NCBI GenBank assembly: GCA_047285535.1
Contig: JBJBDC010000001.1
Span: forward strand, 2,016,136 to 2,080,135
Length of the DNA stretch: 64,000 nt
Direction: 5' to 3'
From: Synechococcus sp.
GTDB taxonomy: Bacteria; Cyanobacteriota; Cyanobacteriia; PCC-6307; Cyanobiaceae
Part shown: positions 20,108 to 29,633 of the stretch, piece after piece
Numbering within the stretch: position 1 is the stretch's first letter
Layout: every line of letters begins with the position of its first letter
Notes under the pieces: model-generated
The model's input: the letters and a program-made list of their open reading frames with translations, nothing else
Told to the model about the DNA's origin: nothing
Database searches by the model: none
Program-made: the position numbers and the translations under genes

Positions 20108-21742
20108 ATGTATTTCGACTGCCCTGCACCAATCCCCATCGAAAGAACTGAAAGGGCAGACTATGACCGGAACAACATTAAAGGAATAACTGTATTTGGC
20201 GACAGTATGAGCGACTTTGGCTCAAGATCTGCCGCCATGTACAAACAGGTTCTCTATCCCAACTCCCATCCTGGTTGGAGCGGCACTACGTTCAACCATT
20301 CGAACAACAACTGGCAAACCTTTTTGCGTCAATCCTTGGACGAATCCGACCAAGATCATTCGCGTCAAGACATTACAAACAGCTTGATTGGTGGGCCCCC
20401 AAGCCCGATCAAAGCAAACGACCTCAACTCTTCATATGCCCTGGGTGGTGCCTTGACCGGCCGCAATACGATCTTTGATGTATTGCATTCTCTTGGACAA
20501 TTCCCTCCAGAACTCCTTAACCCTCCTTATGCAGTCGGCAAACTAGGAATACGCTCACAGATTGAGCACTTTGTTCAAAGTGATCCCCACGACCTCTCAG
20601 CTCAGCTCACGGTGATCTGGGGCGGAGGAAATGACATCTTGGCGACGGTCTTACAGCAACAGGAGCTCAGCACTGGTTTTGGGCAGATTCTGAACAACAG
20701 CAGAGCCAATCTGATCGCTTTACTGCGCAAAAGCAATGCAAAAACCGTCTTGATCTCCAGCGGTGCTCCGATCATCGGCACCGTCGACGGAGTGCGCTAT
20801 ACCCTGCCCTACCTAAGAGATCTTCCACAAAGTTGGCAGGAACAAATTCAATCTGGTGCCGCCTCCGTCCTACACGCTCAAACCGAAAAAATAGCAGATG
20901 CCGTGACAAAAATGTTCCCTTATGCAACGATCATTCCTTTCAATAATGAATACGAATACAACTGGGAGCGTTTTGGCGACAAACTTGGAAACTTCAAAAA
21001 ATACGGCATCATCAATACCAAAGATCCTGCGCAAGAAGAAGCTCAGCTAGATCAGAAAGACGGAATCCTGTACAACACGCCTCCCCTCACCAAAAGGAAT
21101 CACCCAATCCAGGGGAAGCGGAGCGAGGATGGTTTTCTCTATTTCGACTCACTGCACCCAACAGAGTCCGGACACAAAATGCTCGCCAAAGCCATCGAAC
21201 TAACACTCGAAGAGCATCAATCAGCAATCAAATCATCACTGACGCAAACAGTAATCACCACACAAAATTCATTCTGCATTGGAACATCAGGCCATGATTT
21301 CATCACTTCATCCACCCATGGCAGCATTCTTCAGGGTGTAGAAGGGAATGACATTCTTCAAGGCCAAGCTGGAGATGACTACCTTCAAGGTGGACTTGGC
21401 AATGACAAACTTGATGGAAAAGGAGGCAGCAATCGCCTGAAAGGGGGACCTGGTGCTGACGTCTTTGTCATTGGCCTCAAAGGGCTGATCGATGGCCCGC
21501 AAATCATTGAAGACTTCAACAGTGAGGAGGGAGACAGAATTTTGCTTTCAACTGCTCTAAGTGAACTGATGGGCGATCCTTTTCTTCTTCCCACCCCTGC
21601 AAAGTGGGACAACGCCATTCAAATCAGGCGCACCAAAGAAGGGAACCTTAAGCTTGAGATCGCGCTGAGTCCAATCAGCACAAGCCCAGGAGTTGTGATC
21701 CTGAACAACATCAAGACCTTGGATTTCAATGCTCTGTCCTGA
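20108..21742 (+). CDS. SGNH/GDSL hydrolase with RTX Ca-binding repeats (probable type I secretion substrate)
   Basis: VFGDSMSD, WGGGND, FDSLHP catalytic blocks; nonapeptides GVEGNDILQ, GQAGDDYLQ, GGLGNDKLD, GGPGADVF; IEDFNSEEGDRI. Confidence 0.88.
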   Translation: MYFDCPAPIPIERTERADYDRNNIKGITVFGDSMSDFGSRSAAMYKQVLYPNSHPGWSGTTFNHSNNNWQTFLRQSLDESDQDHSRQDITNSLIGGPPSPIKANDLNSSYALGGALTGRNTIFDVLHSLGQFPPELLNPPYAVGKLGIRSQIEHFVQSDPHDLSAQLTVIWGGGNDILATVLQQQELSTGFGQILNNSRANLIALLRKSNAKTVLISSGAPIIGTVDGVRYTLPYLRDLPQSWQEQIQSGAASVLHAQTEKIADAVTKMFPYATIIPFNNEYEYNWERFGDKLGNFKKYGIINTKDPAQEEAQLDQKDGILYNTPPLTKRNHPIQGKRSEDGFLYFDSLHPTESGHKMLAKAIELTLEEHQSAIKSSLTQTVITTQNSFCIGTSGHDFITSSTHGSILQGVEGNDILQGQAGDDYLQGGLGNDKLDGKGGSNRLKGGPGADVFVIGLKGLIDGPQIIEDFNSEEGDRILLSTALSELMGDPFLLPTPAKWDNAIQIRRTKEGNLKLEIALSPISTSPGVVILNNIKTLDFNALS

Positions 21743-21832
21743 CCGACATCTGAGGTCTAGGGATGATCAGAGGCAACGCATCCGACATCATCCTGGGGGA
21801 TAACACGGCGCAAAAGGGGTCCAGAACCTGAC

Positions 21833-22945
21833 ATGACGGCACAGAGCAGCGACTTCAGAGAGATTTTGATCCTCGGCGGCGGACTGATGGGCCTCGCATT
21901 AGCCCATCAGCTGGCTCGACGTGGCCGCACCGTGACCGTGCTGAGCCGGCGGCGCAACGAAGCAGCAGGCTTTGTCGCGGCAGGCATGTTGGCACCCCAT
22001 GCAGAAGGGCTCAGCGGAGACCAGCTCACCCTTGGTCAACTCAGCCTAGAGAGGGTTCCGAGCTGGGTGGCTCAAATTGAAGCGGATAGCGGCCTGCCCT
22101 GCGGCCTGCGTTCGACTGGAATCATCGTTCCCTTTCTGAATACAGAAGAACGAGACCTTTTCCCTACCCGCGATTTTGGTCAATCTCTCGATCGCAGCCA
22201 ACTCGAACAAGAGCTCCCTGGCCTCAGTTCGTCCTGGACCACAGGCCTGCTCTTTGAACAAGACGGCCAGATCGATAACCGCCGCCAGCTGATGCGCGCC
22301 CTAGAAAGCGCCTGCGTGGATCGCGGTGTGATGTTCCAAGAAGGCGTAGAGGTTCAGGAACTTCTCCACACCAGCGACTCCCTCACGGGAGCACGCATCC
22401 GTAACGCCGAAGGAACGATAGAGACCCTGTACTGCAACGAAGCCGTGCTTTGCTGCGGCGCCTGGAGCGCCAAGCTCCTGCCCCTGCTCCCCATCTTCCC
22501 CGTGAAAGGGCAAATGTTGTCACTCCAAGCACCAAGAGGAGCTCTCAAGCGTGTGATTTTCGGGCCTGGAACCTATTTAGTCCCAAGGGAAGACGGCCTG
22601 GTCGTCGTAGGCGCAACAAGTGAACGCGATGCAGGTTTTTACGAGGGCCTCACGCCGCAAGGGCAACAACAACTCAAGAGAGGCATTGCTTCATTACTGC
22701 CTACAGCAGCTGCCTGGCCGCCGATGGAGCGCTGGTGGGGATTTAGACCTTGCACACCAGACGAAGGCCCACTCCTGGGAGCAGGCCCAATCCCCGGGTT
22801 ATGGCTGGCCTGTGGTCATCACCGCAATGGCGTTTTGTTGGCAGCCATCACAACAGAATTGTTGACAGACGCCATCACAAATCAAACCACTGATTCCGAA
22901 AACAGAAGGCTGGTCAAAGCCTTCCGCTGGGACAGATTTCAGTGA
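21833..22945 (+). CDS. thiO: Glycine oxidase ThiO
   Basis: ILGGGLMG FAD motif, AAGMLAP, PVKGQM, YLVPR, GFRP, GHHRNGVLLA. Confidence 0.93.
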   Translation: MTAQSSDFREILILGGGLMGLALAHQLARRGRTVTVLSRRRNEAAGFVAAGMLAPHAEGLSGDQLTLGQLSLERVPSWVAQIEADSGLPCGLRSTGIIVPFLNTEERDLFPTRDFGQSLDRSQLEQELPGLSSSWTTGLLFEQDGQIDNRRQLMRALESACVDRGVMFQEGVEVQELLHTSDSLTGARIRNAEGTIETLYCNEAVLCCGAWSAKLLPLLPIFPVKGQMLSLQAPRGALKRVIFGPGTYLVPREDGLVVVGATSERDAGFYEGLTPQGQQQLKRGIASLLPTAAAWPPMERWWGFRPCTPDEGPLLGAGPIPGLWLACGHHRNGVLLAAITTELLTDAITNQTTDSENRRLVKAFRWDRFQ

Positions 22946-23022
22946 GCTTCAGTGCTCCAAACCAAACCCCCGAGTGTCATCCCGAGGGCAGGCCGGACAG
23001 AAACACTCTCACAGGGGAGGGC

Positions 23023-23481
23023 TCAGCCCTCGGTTCTCCAGGTCTGATCAGAAGGGGTCCAATCGCTCAACTCAGAGGGCTGGAACCACAGGCCAATCTC
23101 AAACTGAGCTGTTTCCGGTGCATCGGAACCATGAATCACATTGCGACCGATATTGATGGCCAAATCGCCACGAATAGTTCCCGGTTCTGCCTCCAGAGGC
23201 TTAGTGGCACCAATCAATTTGCGCGCACTGGCGATCACTCCATCGCCTTCCCAAACCATGGCCACCACAGGACCTGAGGTAATGAAGTCCACCAGACCAG
23301 CAAAGAAGGGACGCTCTTTATGCACGCCGTAATGCTGTTCAGCAAGCGCACGACTTGGAGTGAGCTGTTTCAGCCCCACCAACTTGAATCCCTTGCGCTC
23401 AAAGCGCCCCAGGATCTCGCCTACAAGACCGCGTTGAACGCCGTCAGGCTTGATGGCAATAAAAGAGCGTTCGGCAGCCAT
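23023..23481 (-). CDS. ndk: Nucleoside diphosphate kinase
   Basis: [16 protein letters not shown]...PGTIRGD...NVIHGSD. Confidence 0.99.
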   Translation of the reverse strand: MAAERSFIAIKPDGVQRGLVGEILGRFERKGFKLVGLKQLTPSRALAEQHYGVHKERPFFAGLVDFITSGPVVAMVWEGDGVIASARKLIGATKPLEAEPGTIRGDLAINIGRNVIHGSDAPETAQFEIGLWFQPSELSDWTPSDQTWRTEG

Positions 23482-23728
23482 GACAAAGAAAAAAACCGAC
23501 ACCATGGTCAGTGGACGAAGGCCTAGTTGGCAAGCTTCAACAGCGGATTGCGTTCCAAACAAGGAAAAACGCCCAACCGGCAGCTGTATTCAGCAGGCAA
23601 GATCTCCAAAAATCCAAAGAAAAAACAATCATTACCGATCAAAATCACATCAGGGATGGTTCCTGCCTGCTGAGAAAGGATGTATTCAAAGCAGTCATAT
23701 CAAGCAATTTCATCACTCCTAAACCAAC

Positions 23729-23828
23729 TGTGACTCAGATCACTTGATGGTGTGAGCAACTGGTGTCTGAACGTTGATCGGAATCACCACATCAAACAGA
23801 TTCACAACGGATTGTGAGCAAGGTCACA
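23729..23828. promoter_or_regulatory. Cluster of CRP-type boxes upstream of the RTX-like gene
   Basis: TGTGA-ctcaga-TCACT (23729-44), GTTGA-tcggaa-TCACC (23773-88), perfect TGTGA-gcaagg-TCACA (23813-28). Confidence 0.7.
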
Positions 23829-23858
23829 TCATCTTCTCTCTAATCCCATTTCTTTATC

Positions 23859-26117
23859 GTGAATTACAACTTCAATGATTTCGACAACACAACGGGGACT
23901 GGCAGCAGTGCGCAGGCCAGTGCTTTCCGTGCACAGAACCTCAGCACCACGTCAAACAACGATCGAGTCTCCATTCAGGCGACTGCCGTCAACATGGATG
24001 GCTATGCCGAAGCGGTTGGTGCTGATGGCTCCAGAATCGCTACCCATGGAGGAAACGACAACATTCGAATCACTGCCCATGCCCGTGGCCTAGACACCAA
24101 TGCCTGGGCGATACGAAATAGCGAGATCGACTCTGGCATCGGCAACGATGATGTTGAGTTAATCGCTACCACCAGTGCCAACGGCTTTGATCCTGCCTAT
24201 GGCGCTGAAGACAGCACGATCAAGCTTGGGGCGGGGGATGACAGCTTCAAAGTTAGAGCACAGGCAACTGGAAATACCACCGGAACCATTGCGTCCTATG
24301 GAGTACTGAATTCGGACATCTCAACAGATAACGGCCGAGATCAAGTCCACATCCAAGCCCATGCCACCAACCGTGGAGGTTATGCCGAAGCCATCGGCCT
24401 TGGTGACGGCACCATCCTGGACACAGGTAACGATGACGACCGAATCCTGATTCGTGCCAGCGCGCGTGGTCAAGAGACCAATGCCTGGGCTGTTCTTGAC
24501 AGCACAGTGCTTACCGGCGACGGCAATGACATTTTGGATTTGCGCGCCTCCACGAACTCCAAAGCCTTCGATCCCTCCTATGGCCTTCAAAACAGCACGA
24601 TCGATCTTGGGGATGGGGGCGACCGGTTAAACATCAGCTCCATGGCCCTGGGCAACACCACGGGCTCCATCGCCGCTTATGGAGCACTCAATTCCACAAT
24701 CACGAGCGGAGATGGCGGTGACCATCTTTCAATCAAGGCCAATGCCCGCAACACAGGTGGCTACGCCGAAGCCATCGGTCTTGGTGACGGCTCGATCCTG
24801 GACACAGGTAACGACGACGACCGAATCCGCATCGAAGCGCGCTCCGCTGGAGACAGTACTAATGCATGGGCAGTACGCGACAGCACGGTGATCACCGGTA
24901 GTGGTAATGACGAAGTCATGCTGATCGCGACGACCAGCTCAGGAGATGTGGACCCTGCCTTCGGAGCCCAGAACAGCTCATTCGATCTGGGTGAGGGAAG
25001 AGACCGTTTTGACATTAATTCTGTCGCTCGGGGGAACACCAGCGAACTCATTGCAGCCTATGGAGCTCTGAACAGCAACATCGACAGCGGGGATGGCGAA
25101 GCCCATATCAACTTGCGCGCTCAGGCCGATAACGGGGGTGGAGAAGCCCTGGCAATGACCGTTGGTGAGAATTCTCGGCTCAGCACAGGCGCAGACAAGG
25201 CTCGCCTCCATCTCAGTGCCAATAGCAACGGCCAAAGCGCAAATGCTTACGCCATTCACAGCAGCCATGTCGAAACCGGCGAAGACCACGACGAGTTGTG
25301 GATTCAGGCCACCAAAACCGGCAATGGCGAAGCCGTCGCATTGGATGCTGGTGCCAGTGTTCAGACCGGAGGAGGCATGGACCGCGTTCATATCGCAGCC
25401 AGCAGCCGAGATGGTGATGGGCAGATCTGGGCCATGCGCGACAGCAGCTTGCACACCGGAGATGATGACGATCAGGTTGATGTGGTTGGCAATGCACTCC
25501 GCAGTGTGATCACAACAGACAAAGGCGATGACCATGTGAGACTTTCAGGCTCAGAAACACGCGAGTTGGTTGTGAACACCGGAACAGGAGACGATGACCT
25601 GATCGTGAATGGTGGTACAGCAATTCGCTACATCAGCGGCGATGGCGTCGATCGTTTCGAGCTCACCCGCAACTACTACGAGGACATGAGCAGGCAAGTT
25701 ACTGTCCACAGCCCCGACCTGAATGACGCCAAATCACAGGCATATCACTACAGCCTCCAGGATCACACGTTCAGAGTGGAGGACTTCCTCACGGGAGTTG
25801 GCGGCGACAGCTTCGAGATCGATGATGTCATCATCGGTCACGCCAATGGATTTGATCGCCGCAGCGCAACCGAGGACGGCTTCCTCAGATTCGTTGAGGT
25901 GGGAAATGACAGCGTCCTGCTCTTCGACGCCGATGGTTCAGCAGGAGATGAATCGCATTGGGTAGCTCTGGCAATCCTGGAAAACGTTTCAATGGAAACT
26001 TTTACAGCAGACAACATTGCAACCAACCTGTTCAATGCAAACAGCCTTGCTCATGATTACGACACATTTACCACAGGCATCGCCGATACAACTTCCTATT
26101 CCCAACTCGAGATTTAG
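23859..26117 (+). CDS. Large repetitive RTX-like/beta-roll surface protein with type I secretion-type C-terminus
   Basis: Many (T/S/L)G.G.D motifs; ~127-aa super-repeats starting GYAEA; C-terminal VEDF..G.GGD...F...GND....FDADG...LA.LENV; no signal peptide. Confidence 0.85.
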   Translation: MNYNFNDFDNTTGTGSSAQASAFRAQNLSTTSNNDRVSIQATAVNMDGYAEAVGADGSRIATHGGNDNIRITAHARGLDTNAWAIRNSEIDSGIGNDDVELIATTSANGFDPAYGAEDSTIKLGAGDDSFKVRAQATGNTTGTIASYGVLNSDISTDNGRDQVHIQAHATNRGGYAEAIGLGDGTILDTGNDDDRILIRASARGQETNAWAVLDSTVLTGDGNDILDLRASTNSKAFDPSYGLQNSTIDLGDGGDRLNISSMALGNTTGSIAAYGALNSTITSGDGGDHLSIKANARNTGGYAEAIGLGDGSILDTGNDDDRIRIEARSAGDSTNAWAVRDSTVITGSGNDEVMLIATTSSGDVDPAFGAQNSSFDLGEGRDRFDINSVARGNTSELIAAYGALNSNIDSGDGEAHINLRAQADNGGGEALAMTVGENSRLSTGADKARLHLSANSNGQSANAYAIHSSHVETGEDHDELWIQATKTGNGEAVALDAGASVQTGGGMDRVHIAASSRDGDGQIWAMRDSSLHTGDDDDQVDVVGNALRSVITTDKGDDHVRLSGSETRELVVNTGTGDDDLIVNGGTAIRYISGDGVDRFELTRNYYEDMSRQVTVHSPDLNDAKSQAYHYSLQDHTFRVEDFLTGVGGDSFEIDDVIIGHANGFDRRSATEDGFLRFVEVGNDSVLLFDADGSAGDESHWVALAILENVSMETFTADNIATNLFNANSLAHDYDTFTTGIADTTSYSQLEI

Positions 26118-26171
26118 CCAGGGACAAGCCTAATTCCACAAGGCAATTGCTTCACCACAGCACTATTAATC

Positions 26172-26207
26172 AAGCCCGCTTTTAACAACAAAGCGGGCTT
26201 TCATCTT
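26172..26207 (+). terminator. Probable intrinsic terminator
   Basis: aagcccgcttt-taacaac-aaagcgggctt-tcatctt. Confidence 0.7.
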
Positions 26208-26428
26208 GTTAAATCACAACTTTAAGCAGACACTTTCCTGCCCCTTGTGAGGGACAAAGATCAACACAAACAACTTCAATGCACAGCTAGCACGTTAGTT
26301 TCACGTAGATCGAACCATCAAGAGACCAGGCAAGATTCACCAGCATGGCACCCCCCGAAACACTCGACTGTGCTGGCCGGATGAGCGCCCTTCCTTAGAT
26401 TTTCAGCATTAACCCTCTCTCCCGCTCC

Positions 26429-28363
26429 ATGGTGCTGCCCGACCCCATTAATTGGACGGTGATCGATAGTGCCCAGCTCTACGGGCTAGAACGCTGGGGT
26501 GATCCCTACTTCTCCATCAATCCCCGCGGCCATGTGAGCGTTCAACCGCGCGGAGATCGGGGAGGAAGTCTTGATCTGATGGAGCTGGTCTCCGGCCTAC
26601 AAGACCGAAGTCTCGGCCTGCCCTTGCTCATCCGATTCGATGACATCCTTGAAGACAGGCTTGAACGCCTGCACGCTGCCTTTGAACGCGCAATAACGCG
26701 GTACGACTACGACGGTCGCTACCAGGGCGTGTTCCCCGTGAAATGCAATCAACAGCGGCATGTGGTGGAGGAGTTAGTCAGCTGCGGGAGACGTTGGCAT
26801 TTCGGTCTGGAGGCAGGCAGCAAAGCGGAACTCCTGATTGCTCTCTCCTTGATTGAAGATCCCGAAGCGCTTCTCATCTGCAACGGCTATAAAGACCAGC
26901 GCTACATCGAAACGGCCATCCTGGCGAGACGCCTAGGTCGTCGACCTGTGGTGGTCATCGAACAGCCGGACGAAGTACAGCGCATCATCGATGCAAGCCA
27001 GGAGCTTGGAGCAGCGCCACTGATCGGAATCAGGGCACGTCTTTCAAGCCGCAGCACTGGACGCTGGGGAAGCTCTATTGGAGATAAAGCAAAATTCGGT
27101 CTTCCCGCTCCTGAGATCATCTCCACCATTGATGCACTGCGTGAAGCCAACCTGCTGAGCGAATTGCGCCTCTTGCATTTCCATGTAGGCAGCCAAATCA
27201 ATGACATTGCCGTGGTCAAAGATGCCTTGCAAGAAGCCTCCCGCATGTATGTAGAACTTCATGCCTTGGGTGCACCAATGGGTTATTTGGATGTTGGAGG
27301 CGGTCTCGGCATCGACTACGACGGCAGTCGCACAGCGACATCAGCCTCTACCAACTATTCCCTGCAGAACTACGCCAACGATGTTGTGGCGACAGTGAAA
27401 GAAGGATGTGAACCAAAAGACGTTCCAGTACCCATACTTATCAGCGAAAGCGGTCGCGCAATCGCCAGCCATTTCTCAGTGCTGGTCTTTAACGTTCTCG
27501 GTAGCGGTGGCCTTCAGCAGCCGGCACCACCATTCGAACAGGATTGGCCTCTGATTGTGCGCAATCTGTGCGAGACCCTTGAAGGCATCAAAGCTTTACC
27601 CCAAGAGACGCCTACAGATCCCTCACGCCTGCAAGAAGCCTGGAACGATGCACTCAAATTCAAAGAAGACGCCTTAGCCGCGTTCCGTCTGGGGTATCTG
27701 AGCTTGAAAGAGCGCAGCGTGGCGGAACAACTGACATGGGCATGCGCTAGAGCATTGCTCGACCTCCTGCCCGACGATGAAAAACTTCCAGACGAGCTCA
27801 AAACACTTCCAGCTGTCTTGGCCGAAACCTATTACGCCAACCTTTCGATCTTCCGGTCTGCTCCGGACACCTGGGCCATTCAGCAACTCTTCCCGGTAAT
27901 GCCCCTGCATCGTCTGAACGAAAAGCCTGCACGTCTAGGACATTTCGCCGATTTAACCTGTGACTCCGACGGCAAGCTGAATCGATTCATCAACGACGGA
28001 CAAAACAAGCCCCTGCTTGAACTCCATCAACTGAAACCCAACGAGCCTTATCTGATCGGTATGTTTCTTGGTGGCGCCTACCAGGAGGTGATGGGGAATT
28101 TACACAACCTGTTCGGGAGCACAGATGCGGCGCATATCCGCCTGGCACCAGGTGGTGATTACCAAGTGGATCACGTTGTTCGTGGAGACACCAACGCCGA
28201 GGTCCTTGAGATGATGGAACATGATCCCAACCTCTTGCTCGAACGTCTTCGCGTAGCGAGTGAGCAAGCAATCAGCTGCGGGCAATTGCGCATCAGCGAA
28301 GCAAGACGACTGATGGACCACCTTGAAAGCAGCCTGCGTCAGAGCACATATCTACAAAACTGA
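26429..28363 (+). CDS. speA: Biosynthetic arginine decarboxylase
   Basis: VFPVKCNQ (PLP Lys), GLEAGSKAE, HFHVGSQ, DVGGGLGIDYDG, DLTCDSDG, GAYQEVMGNLHNLFG. Confidence 0.98.
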   Translation: MVLPDPINWTVIDSAQLYGLERWGDPYFSINPRGHVSVQPRGDRGGSLDLMELVSGLQDRSLGLPLLIRFDDILEDRLERLHAAFERAITRYDYDGRYQGVFPVKCNQQRHVVEELVSCGRRWHFGLEAGSKAELLIALSLIEDPEALLICNGYKDQRYIETAILARRLGRRPVVVIEQPDEVQRIIDASQELGAAPLIGIRARLSSRSTGRWGSSIGDKAKFGLPAPEIISTIDALREANLLSELRLLHFHVGSQINDIAVVKDALQEASRMYVELHALGAPMGYLDVGGGLGIDYDGSRTATSASTNYSLQNYANDVVATVKEGCEPKDVPVPILISESGRAIASHFSVLVFNVLGSGGLQQPAPPFEQDWPLIVRNLCETLEGIKALPQETPTDPSRLQEAWNDALKFKEDALAAFRLGYLSLKERSVAEQLTWACARALLDLLPDDEKLPDELKTLPAVLAETYYANLSIFRSAPDTWAIQQLFPVMPLHRLNEKPARLGHFADLTCDSDGKLNRFINDGQNKPLLELHQLKPNEPYLIGMFLGGAYQEVMGNLHNLFGSTDAAHIRLAPGGDYQVDHVVRGDTNAEVLEMMEHDPNLLLERLRVASEQAISCGQLRISEARRLMDHLESSLRQSTYLQN

Positions 28364-28696
28364 GCCAAAACTGTCAGTTCGAAGATTACATCGCCTGCAT
28401 AAAATCAATCCACCAGTCTCGAGGGACAAGTGAATTGAGTGCTTAAGCGACGGATGATCGATCATCTGCCTTACGCGCAGTACACATCAAAGCACTCATG
28501 GAGATCCCTCAGGTGCAATTCCTTCAGGTTGGTCGAGGCAAGAAGACTGCATACCCCAATCTTGTACCAGCACAATCACCTGGTCAGCTGAATGGGAGGC
28601 TCACGATGGCTGTCCAGCAAATGCAAGAGATGAATGTTTTTAGAAACTTCAAAAATCTGCAGTTCAGTCAAAGAAGTCACAGCAAGCGGCGCCATC

Positions 28697-29035
28697 TCAG
28701 ATCCTGATCAAGAGCAAAACCCAAATCAACTTGCAGAGCACATGAAGGCTCTGATCCCAGGCAAGAGTGAAGCGATAACGGGCTTTCAACCAATCAAGAA
28801 TGGCGTGAATCAGTGTTTCCAGCGCTCCAAGCAAGGGAATCCCGGTCAGGAGAGCAACGGCAAGTCCATGGGTGGCAGCATGAGATCCCAGCCACCAACC
28901 CCAATGAAGCGTGCGGTCACGTCCTGGGATCTTTTCAACTGCCATCCGGTCGCTCTGCAGCACAAAATCGCAGACGAAATGAGCCAGCACCAACACGATC
29001 AGAAGATTGAATGATTCCAACGCCGATGCCGACAC
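28697..29035 (-). CDS. DUF3307-like membrane protein
   Basis: LAHFVCDFVLQ...K...H...H...H.ILDWLK...DQSLH conserved His/Asp pattern in TM helices. Confidence 0.8.
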   Translation of the reverse strand: MSASALESFNLLIVLVLAHFVCDFVLQSDRMAVEKIPGRDRTLHWGWWLGSHAATHGLAVALLTGIPLLGALETLIHAILDWLKARYRFTLAWDQSLHVLCKLIWVLLLIRI

Positions 29036-29082
29036 AAGGCTGCAAGCCGCTATAGCAGAAGAGGCCGTTCCAATAGTGCTGT

Positions 29083-29619
29083 ATGGAGGGCGTCCAACCC
29101 CGACTGAGCCAGCTGCTGGTCACTCACCTTAAAGAGCTGAAGGCCGAATCTCAGCTGTTCGACAGCGGGGATGTGGTCATCGAACAGCAGAAAAGTGCGG
29201 ATGAGATCCTCCTGGTGATGAGTGGAGAGCTCAGTGTGGAGATCGGTGTGAAACGGGAGCTAGCCCGCATCAAACCAGGGGAAATGCTCGGGGAAATGGG
29301 ACTTTCCGGCAATAACCGACACTGCGCAACGGTTCGAGTGCACCGTGGTCCCGCAGAGATCATTCGAGTCAACGCAGATGCCCTGCTTCGCTTAGCCCTC
29401 TTTGATGGCGATCTTGCGTTGGAAATGCTCGCCCTGACCAGCAACCGCTGCAAGCAAGGCAATCAGCTCACCACGTTGCTCCTGGACTCGATCCAGGCTC
29501 TCTCTGCAGGCAACGAAACTGAATTCCAAACATGCCTGAAACAATTAGCAACCGAAGCAGGCTGTTTCCGGACCGCTGCCAAACAATTGGCGGGAATCTA
29601 CGAGCGTTGTCACCAGTGA
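29083..29619 (+). CDS. Cyclic-nucleotide-binding domain protein without a recognisable HTH
   Basis: F..GDVVIEQ...LLVMSGEL.V...PGEMLGEMGL...CATV. Confidence 0.85.
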   Translation: MEGVQPRLSQLLVTHLKELKAESQLFDSGDVVIEQQKSADEILLVMSGELSVEIGVKRELARIKPGEMLGEMGLSGNNRHCATVRVHRGPAEIIRVNADALLRLALFDGDLALEMLALTSNRCKQGNQLTTLLLDSIQALSAGNETEFQTCLKQLATEAGCFRTAAKQLAGIYERCHQ

Positions 29620-29633
29620 GGCTCTAACGACCC

